Source: Desulfocapsa sulfexigens DSM 10523 | Lineage (GTDB): Bacteria > Desulfobacterota > Desulfobulbia > Desulfobulbales > Desulfocapsaceae | Reading direction: 5' to 3' | Assembly: GCF_000341395.1 (NCBI RefSeq) | Contig: NC_020304.1 | Coordinates: forward strand, 420,001 to 452,000 | DNA: 32,000 nucleotides | Shown here: positions 26,415-32,000 of the stretch, one piece after another | How the letters are laid out: each line of letters opens with the position of its first letter | Position numbering within the stretch: the stretch's first letter is position 1 | Program-made: the position numbers and the translations under genes | The notes under the pieces: generated by a model | The model's input: the letters and a program-made list of their open reading frames with translations, nothing else | What the model was told of the DNA's origin: nothing | Database searches by the model: none

Positions 26415-26903
26415 ATGAAAATTGCAATCACCGCAACAGGAAACACCTTAGATTCCATGGTTGACCCTCGCTTTGGCAGAGCTGCATGGTTCCTTATTAT
26501 AGATACTGAAACAAAAGAGCTACTTCAGGCAATCAATAATATAGCAGGAAAAGAAGCTGCCCATGGCGCTGGAATCAGTGCAGCAGCACAGGTTGCAGAC
26601 ATCGGAGTGGAAGCCCTGCTCACCGGAAGAGTTGGTCCCAAGGCCCTGCCCGTTCTTGAAAAAGCAGGTGTTAAAGCAGTAAATGATGTCAGCGGTAGCG
26701 TACGCGATGCCATGGCAAAATATTCCGGAACGACGGGATCACCCCCTAAAACTGAAGAGCCATCACAGCCATCTCCATCTCCTACCCAGGGGCAGGGCCA
26801 AGGCCAGGGAAGAGGAGAGGGCTGCGGCTGTGGCAGAGGACAGGGGCAAGGCAGGGGGATGGGACAAGGCAAAGGTCAGGGACGCGGACAGTGTCGTCGA
26901 TAA
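26415..26903 (+). CDS. NifX/NifB-family (dinitrogenase FeMo-cofactor-biosynthesis-domain) protein with a Gly/Gln/Arg/Cys-rich C-terminal tail
   Basis: N-terminal 100 aa: MKIAITATGNTLDSMVDPRFGRAAWFLIIDTET...HGAGISAAAQVADIGVEALLTGRVGPKALPVLEKAGVKAV, typical of COG1433-type proteins. The tail runs from 26724. Strong SD AGGAGG. Confidence 0.8.
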   Translation: MKIAITATGNTLDSMVDPRFGRAAWFLIIDTETKELLQAINNIAGKEAAHGAGISAAAQVADIGVEALLTGRVGPKALPVLEKAGVKAVNDVSGSVRDAMAKYSGTTGSPPKTEEPSQPSPSPTQGQGQGQGRGEGCGCGRGQGQGRGMGQGKGQGRGQCRR

Positions 26904-26950
26904 GCCGCTGTAAAAAAATAACATAGCCAATAAATCAACCGAATCGGCAT

Positions 26951-27004
26951 AAGGAGCCGTAACGAAATCAATATAAATGGCCAGGTTATTTCGTAACGGT
27001 TCCT
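26951..27004 (+). other. Long imperfect hairpin in the intergenic space between the NifX-like gene and the first MinD-ferredoxin gene
   Basis: AAGGAGCCGTAACGAAAT (26951-26968) pairs with ATTTCGTAACGGTTCCT (26988-27004). About 16 pairs with one A:A mismatch and one G:U, around a 19-nt loop. No T-run follows. Confidence 0.5.
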
Positions 27005-27030
27005 AAGCAGACAGCAAGGAGAGTAGCAGT

Positions 27031-27870
27031 ATGCAAATAGCAGTCGGCAGCGGGAAAGGTGGAACCGGAAAGACCACTATCTCAACCAGCCTGGCTCTCA
27101 GTGCAGGCACAGATGTTCAGTACCTGGACTGTGATGTGGAAGAGCCAAACGGACATATCTTTCTCAAACCGAAACTCACTCACAGAGAAACTGTTGTCGT
27201 CACTGTTCCCCGGCTGGACGAGTCACGATGCACAGCCTGTGGAAAATGCCGGGACATTTGTGCATTCAATGCAATTGCTCAGTTTGGCAAAACGGTAATG
27301 ATATTTCCAGAGATGTGCCATTCCTGCCTTGGCTGTTTCAGGGTATGTGAGGAGGATGCACTCATCGAAGACACACGGGAAATTGGTATTCTCGAATCTG
27401 GAATGGCTGGTGATATTCATTTCGTTCATGGCCGTGTCCGGATCGGTGAGGCGATGGGCGTCCCGCTCTTAAAAGCCGTCAAACACAAGGCCGAACAAGA
27501 CAGGCTGACCATCATCGATGCTCCCCCGGGGACATCATGCCCTTTTGTGGAAAGTGTCAATGATGCCGACTATGTGATCTTGGTAACCGAGCCCACACCC
27601 TTTGGCCTTCATGACCTGAAACTTGCTGCCACGGTTCTCAAGAACTTCAAGATTCCCAGTGGTGTAATTATTAATCGATCCGATCTCGGTGACGACAGGG
27701 TACAGCGCTATTGTGATTCTGAGAACATTCCTGTTCTCCTTGAGATTCCATTCCAGCGTGCCATTGCAGAAGGCTATGCACGGGGTATAAATCTTGTGGA
27801 CACTGTACCTGAGCTACGCACTGTTTTCAGTGACCTTCTAACTCGGATTGCCTTTGAGGTAGCCCAATAA
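27031..27870 (+). CDS. MinD/ParA-superfamily P-loop ATPase with an inserted 2x[4Fe-4S] ferredoxin domain (COG1149 type)
   Basis: Deviant Walker A GSGKGGTGKTT, DCDVEEPN, ferredoxin motifs CTACGKCRDIC and CHSCLGCFRVC, Walker B-like IIDAPPGTSC. SD AAGGAGAG. Confidence 0.85.
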   Translation: MQIAVGSGKGGTGKTTISTSLALSAGTDVQYLDCDVEEPNGHIFLKPKLTHRETVVVTVPRLDESRCTACGKCRDICAFNAIAQFGKTVMIFPEMCHSCLGCFRVCEEDALIEDTREIGILESGMAGDIHFVHGRVRIGEAMGVPLLKAVKHKAEQDRLTIIDAPPGTSCPFVESVNDADYVILVTEPTPFGLHDLKLAATVLKNFKIPSGVIINRSDLGDDRVQRYCDSENIPVLLEIPFQRAIAEGYARGINLVDTVPELRTVFSDLLTRIAFEVAQ

Positions 27871-28745
27871 TGGAACAGACAATTAAAGAAGTATTGATCC
27901 TCAGCGGCAAAGGCGGTACCGGGAAGACCAGTATCGTTGGATCCTTTGCTCATCTGGCAGAAAACAAAATTCTCGTGGACTGTGACGTTGACGCGTCCGA
28001 CCTCCACCTCCTTCTCGCCCCAAAGCCAACTGAGACCCATGACTTCAAGTCCGGAGTCAAGGCCCGGGTAGAGGCGGATAAGTGCAGCGGTTGTGGCATG
28101 TGTGCTGAGCTCTGCCAATTTGAATCAATTACCATGGGGGAAACTGCGGTCATTTCACCACTCAACTGTGAAGGATGCGGTGTCTGCGCCCACTTCTGTC
28201 CGGAAGAAGCCATTGTACTCCAAGAGAATCATTGCGGTTCCTGGTACATTGCAGATACCGCCTACGGGCCTCTTGTTCACGCCCAGCTTTTCGCAGGGGA
28301 GGAAAACTCGGGCAAGTTGGTCTCCCACATCAAAAATCAGGCAAGACAGCTCGCTGAAACAACAAATACCGGTCTGATCCTGATCGATGGCGCTCCTGGG
28401 GTGGGATGTCCGGTCATCGCATCACTCTCCAATGTGGATCTTGCCGTCGTAATAACCGAACCTACCCTATCCGGAAAACACGACCTGGATCGCATCCTTG
28501 ACCTCACCGAACACTTCAAAATCCCTGCACTGGTTTGCATAAACAAGTGGGATCTTCACTCCGAGATGAGCGATAGCATAGAGAAATCCTGCAACGATCG
28601 CGGAGCTAACGTTCTTGGAAAAATCCCATTTGATCGCCAGGTTATTACCTGCCAGATTCAGGGAGTGCCGGTGACAGCTGATGATACCAGCCTGGCCGGG
28701 TACTCAATTAAGGCGATATGGAAAAAACTAAAGGAACACCTATAG
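27870..28745 (+). CDS. Second MinD/ParA-ferredoxin ATPase, paralogue of the preceding gene
   Basis: SGKGGTGKTS, DCDVDASD, CSGCGMCAELC and CEGCGVCAHFC, LILIDGAPGVGCP. The ATG overlaps the upstream stop (TAATG, 27868-27872). Confidence 0.85.
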   Translation: MEQTIKEVLILSGKGGTGKTSIVGSFAHLAENKILVDCDVDASDLHLLLAPKPTETHDFKSGVKARVEADKCSGCGMCAELCQFESITMGETAVISPLNCEGCGVCAHFCPEEAIVLQENHCGSWYIADTAYGPLVHAQLFAGEENSGKLVSHIKNQARQLAETTNTGLILIDGAPGVGCPVIASLSNVDLAVVITEPTLSGKHDLDRILDLTEHFKIPALVCINKWDLHSEMSDSIEKSCNDRGANVLGKIPFDRQVITCQIQGVPVTADDTSLAGYSIKAIWKKLKEHL

Positions 28746-28832
28746 AAGAGCTTTTCCTTCAGTTTTTTCCTTCTGGTGGTATATACTCTAAAAAATAGTC
28801 TGCCTTTTTAACTCCTTTTTTGAGAGCCATAT

Positions 28833-30356
28833 ATGACCACCATAATCAGTAGCCAGGATTTTATTGCCTCCATCGCAGAGAGCCTCCAGTACATTTCCTA
28901 CACCCACCCTCGTGATTTCGTTCAGGCCATGGCCCGTGCATACGAGCGTGAAAAAAGCCAGGCGGCAAAGGATGCCATGGCTCAAATCCTGATCAACTCC
29001 AGGATGGCAGCCATGGGCCAGCGTCCAATCTGCCAGGACACGGGTATCGTTACCGTCTTTCTGCAAATTGGCATGGAATGCCGCTTCGACACCACCACAG
29101 CCATTCAGGAACTGGTGGATGAGGGTGTTCGAACGGCCTATAATAATACGGACAATCCACTTCGTGCGTCTGTGGTTGCCGATCCGGCCGGCAAACGAAT
29201 TAACACCAGAGACAACACCCCGGCAGTTATCTACACCGAGCTGGTTGCAGGCTCCAGTGTTGATATCCGTATTGCTGCCAAGGGTGGTGGATCCGAAAAC
29301 AAAAGTAAATTTGCCACCCTCAACCCCAATGATTCCATCGTCGATTGGGTGGTACGTACCGTACCCACAATGGGGGCCGGCTGGTGCCCCCCCGGAATCC
29401 TTGGTATTGGTATCGGTGGCACCGTTGATAAGGCCATGGTACTTGCCAAAGAATCGCTGATGCAGCCCATCGACATTCAGGAGCTGATAGCAAAAGGTGC
29501 CGACAACACCATAGAAGAACTGCGGCTTGAAATATATTCAAAGGTAAATGAACTCGGAATAGGAGCCCAGGGTCTGGGTGGGCTTACCACCGCTCTCGAT
29601 GTCAAGATACTGGACTGTCCAACCCACGCAGCATCCCTTCCCGTCGCAATGATTCCAAACTGTGCCGCAACCCGGCATATTCACTTCACTCTTGATGGCA
29701 GCGGTCCTGCTCACTTTACTCCGCCACGACTGGAAGACTGGCCTGAAATCAAATGGGAGGTTGGTGAAAGTGTCAAACGGGTACAGCTTAATGGAATCAC
29801 CAGGGAAGAAATTGCAACCTGGAATACTGGAGAGACACTGCTTCTGAACGGTACCATCCTCACAGGACGCGATGCAGCCCATCGCAGAATTCAGACGTTC
29901 CTCAAGGAAGGAAAACCATTCCCCAATGGAGTTGACTTCAGGGGGAAATTTATCTATTACGTGGGACCCGTTGATCCCGTAAGAGACGAAGCCGTTGGCC
30001 CCGCCGGCCCTACAACCTCCACCCGCATGGACAAATACAGTGACATGATGCTGAAAGAAACCGGCCTTATCGGCATGATAGGAAAATCGGAACGAGGTGA
30101 TGCAACCATCGAATCCATTCGCCAACACGGCGCTGTATACCTTATGGCTGTTGGAGGAGCTGCCTATCTTGTATCAAAGGCAATCAAGAAAGCACGAGTG
30201 GTGGCCTTCGAAGATCTCGGCATGGAGGCAATCTATGAATTTGAGGTTGAAGATATGCCTGTAACGGTAGCCGTCGACAGCCGGGGCGAGTCAGTCCACA
30301 AGACAGGTCCTGCTCTCTGGAGCCAGAAGATCCGCGATTATCGGAGTCACAAATAG
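28833..30356 (+). CDS. fumA: Class I (Fe-S dependent) fumarate hydratase, single-chain alpha+beta form
   Basis: 507 aa. N-terminal catalytic block with ICQDTGIVTVF, GGSENKS, and a C-terminal beta-domain block GTILTGRDAAHRR...GKFIYYVGP...GPTTSTRMD. Confidence 0.9.
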   Translation: MTTIISSQDFIASIAESLQYISYTHPRDFVQAMARAYEREKSQAAKDAMAQILINSRMAAMGQRPICQDTGIVTVFLQIGMECRFDTTTAIQELVDEGVRTAYNNTDNPLRASVVADPAGKRINTRDNTPAVIYTELVAGSSVDIRIAAKGGGSENKSKFATLNPNDSIVDWVVRTVPTMGAGWCPPGILGIGIGGTVDKAMVLAKESLMQPIDIQELIAKGADNTIEELRLEIYSKVNELGIGAQGLGGLTTALDVKILDCPTHAASLPVAMIPNCAATRHIHFTLDGSGPAHFTPPRLEDWPEIKWEVGESVKRVQLNGITREEIATWNTGETLLLNGTILTGRDAAHRRIQTFLKEGKPFPNGVDFRGKFIYYVGPVDPVRDEAVGPAGPTTSTRMDKYSDMMLKETGLIGMIGKSERGDATIESIRQHGAVYLMAVGGAAYLVSKAIKKARVVAFEDLGMEAIYEFEVEDMPVTVAVDSRGESVHKTGPALWSQKIRDYRSHK

Positions 30357-30423
30357 GTTCTCGTTGTCCCTGACAGAGACCCGTTAACACTCTCCACTTC
30401 TTCCACCGCGGGGCCCTAATACT

Positions 30424-31641
30424 ATGACAAAACTTTCCCGAAAATTAAACAACGCCCTTGAAATCACCGCAGGATGCACAGAACCGGCAGCTATCGCCTT
30501 CTGTGCCAGCTTTGTAGGAAAATACCTGGACGACATCCCTCAAGAGATACTCTTACGTATTGATCAGCGTACTTACAAAAATGCCTTCGGAGCCGGAATT
30601 CCACGAGCAGGTGACAAACGTGGCAGTGAATGGGCCCTGCTCTTTGGCTTTGTCATGGCCTGCCCGGAAAAACGGCTTTCGATCTTTTCTGGATTGGAGA
30701 AAGATGCCATCACCCGGGCACAAGCTCTGCATGACCGCGATATTCTCAAAGTTGAACTGGTTGAAACGGAAACTCTGCTGATCGCTGTCTCGGCACGAGG
30801 AGCCACAAACCATGTTGAAGCACGTATAGAAGGCGGGCACACCAAGGTGACGGCTGTCACTTTAAACAACAGAACTATTGATATAGCAGAGGAAAAAGAA
30901 AAAGAGGCAGCAGCAGCTTCTCTTCCCTATGAGGATGCGATATATGAAGCTCTGAACTGGCCGGAACTCATTGAAGAGTGCTACAAAGACCAGACCCTGC
31001 AAACCACGGTTCGCCAGGGAATTGCCTATAATATGGCAGCAGCCCTACACGGCCAGAAATATGTTAAAAGTGGCCATGGTGCAGATTCCCTCGTAATGGG
31101 AGCCATCTACTCAAGAATGAACGGCGACCCTATTCCCATTATGAGCTGTGCAGGGTCCGGTAACAAGGGACTGACCTGTATGGTCCCCGTGGTGTGTTAC
31201 AGCAGGGATCTTGACCTTGGAGAAGAACTGGAAATTAAGGGTGTACTCGTTGCAGTATTACTGACCAGCCTCATCACCTCACGTTTTGGTGAAGTTTCTT
31301 CGGTCTGTGGAGCCCAGTATGCTGCAGGTGCCGGTGTTATCGGGGGCATCCTGTATTTAAAAAACAAACTGGAGCTCTTTGACGGCGCCTACAACAACTT
31401 TATATCAGCCATTGGCGGAGGATTCTGCGACGGTGCCAAGGGAAGCTGCTCCATGCGGGGCAATGTTGCTGTAAGTACTGCCCTCACCGCCATCAATCAT
31501 GCAGAAAACGGATTTCTGGTTTCCGGACGGGACGGTTTTCTTGGCACGACCTTCCATGAAACTCTGGATCATCTTACCCAGTACAATCCACTTATTGCAA
31601 AATTTGAGCGTGAAACCATTGATATTTTACGTAATAAATGA
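30424..31641 (+). CDS. UPF0597 / serine-dehydratase-alpha-like protein (L-cysteine desulfidase family, YhaM/CdsB-like)
   Basis: 405 aa. Starts with the ...ITAGCTEPAAIAF block. Central MSCAGSGNKGLTCMVP and C-terminal CDGAKGSC blocks are as I recall them for this family. Confidence 0.7.
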   Translation: MTKLSRKLNNALEITAGCTEPAAIAFCASFVGKYLDDIPQEILLRIDQRTYKNAFGAGIPRAGDKRGSEWALLFGFVMACPEKRLSIFSGLEKDAITRAQALHDRDILKVELVETETLLIAVSARGATNHVEARIEGGHTKVTAVTLNNRTIDIAEEKEKEAAAASLPYEDAIYEALNWPELIEECYKDQTLQTTVRQGIAYNMAAALHGQKYVKSGHGADSLVMGAIYSRMNGDPIPIMSCAGSGNKGLTCMVPVVCYSRDLDLGEELEIKGVLVAVLLTSLITSRFGEVSSVCGAQYAAGAGVIGGILYLKNKLELFDGAYNNFISAIGGGFCDGAKGSCSMRGNVAVSTALTAINHAENGFLVSGRDGFLGTTFHETLDHLTQYNPLIAKFERETIDILRNK

Positions 31642-32000
31642 GTCTTTTCTACTCCGGCGTATAATCCCGTTCATCCGCCCCTGAGTCAGAGGCGGTTCTG
31701 TATGAAGAAACAAGCGGTTACCGGGGTTAGCACGACTTATCACCTCCCCCTTTTCGGTCTCCATACGGACAACGGTTAAGGGAATACAGCTAATCCCGGG
31801 AAGCATATACTCCACCTGATTCCCCGTTTCCAGGACATTCCTCGCTTCAACCAGTGGTGCCTCACCCTCTCCTCTGATCACGGCCACTGGCTCAACTTCC
31901 ATCTGAACCCGGGGACTGGTATAGAGCATCTCAGAACTCCCTGGCACATGTCTGAAAAAATTTTCACTGGTACCACGGGTTCCGGTTTTGGCAATCTCTT
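31627..32000 (-). CDS. Partial CDS (C-terminal part): probable U32-family peptidase C-terminal beta-barrel domain
   Basis: The frame stays open to the window edge (upstream codons read ...EIAKTGTRGTSENFFRH). The pattern ETGNQVEYMLPG...VVRMETEKGEVISRANPGNRLFL resembles the U32 C-terminal domain. The 3' end overlaps the convergent gene by 15 nt. Confidence 0.4.
   Translation of the reverse strand, partial: EIAKTGTRGTSENFFRHVPGSSEMLYTSPRVQMEVEPVAVIRGEGEAPLVEARNVLETGNQVEYMLPGISCIPLTVVRMETEKGEVISRANPGNRLFLHTEPPLTQGRMNGIIRRSRKDSFIT

Noticed and set aside
26525-26872. 115-aa antisense ORF opposite the NifX-like tail
   Set aside because: It is the mirror image of the G-rich repeat (a Pro/Cys/Trp-rich translation), which is an artefact of low-complexity sequence.
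1-32000. Mobile elements, CRISPR arrays, tRNA/rRNA genes and known defence-system genes
   Set aside because: I saw no transposase, integrase or recombinase motifs, no regularly spaced repeats, no cloverleaf-like or rRNA-like segments, and no nuclease/helicase/methylase clusters typical of defence islands.

Overview
The window is about 90% coding chromosomal DNA of moderate GC. I found no rRNA, tRNA, CRISPR array, transposase or integrase. The gene content is a multihaem cytochrome c, class I Fe-S fumarase, a NifX-like plus MinD-ferredoxin cluster, HD-GYP signalling and cold-shock genes. This suggests an anaerobic, probably Desulfobulbales-like deltaproteobacterium, but that is inference only. 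All product calls come from motifs read by eye in the supplied translations; no database search was possible. Gene order: (1) a minus-strand operon of TonB-dependent receptor, orphan periplasmic binding protein and hybrid histidine kinase; (2) a secreted START-fold protein; (3) a cold-shock pair (DEAD-box helicase with a 468-nt leader, then CspA); (4) a decayed AT-rich patch holding a possible 57-aa charged ORF and a DsbA-like pseudogene; (5) a translationally coupled trio of TlpA-like thioredoxin lipoprotein, 54-aa CXXC membrane peptide and NapH-like membrane polyferredoxin; (6) a LysM-LysM-RlpA protein behind a sigma54-like promoter; (7) a minus-strand operon of nadE, a ~12-haem membrane-anchored cytochrome c and a cNMP-binding protein; (8) a c-di-GMP operon of GGDEF-PilZ cyclase, a 723-aa HEAT-like protein and an HD-GYP phosphodiesterase, the last two sharing an N-terminal domain; (9) lon-mltG; (10) a GlmU-C-like hexapeptide transferase; (11) a NifX-like protein with a Gly/Gln/Arg/Cys tail plus two MinD/ParA-ferredoxin ATPases; (12) class I fumarase, a UPF0597 cysteine-desulfidase-like protein and a partial U32 peptidase. 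The best candidates for uncharacterised systems are modules 5, 8, 11, 1 and 7.
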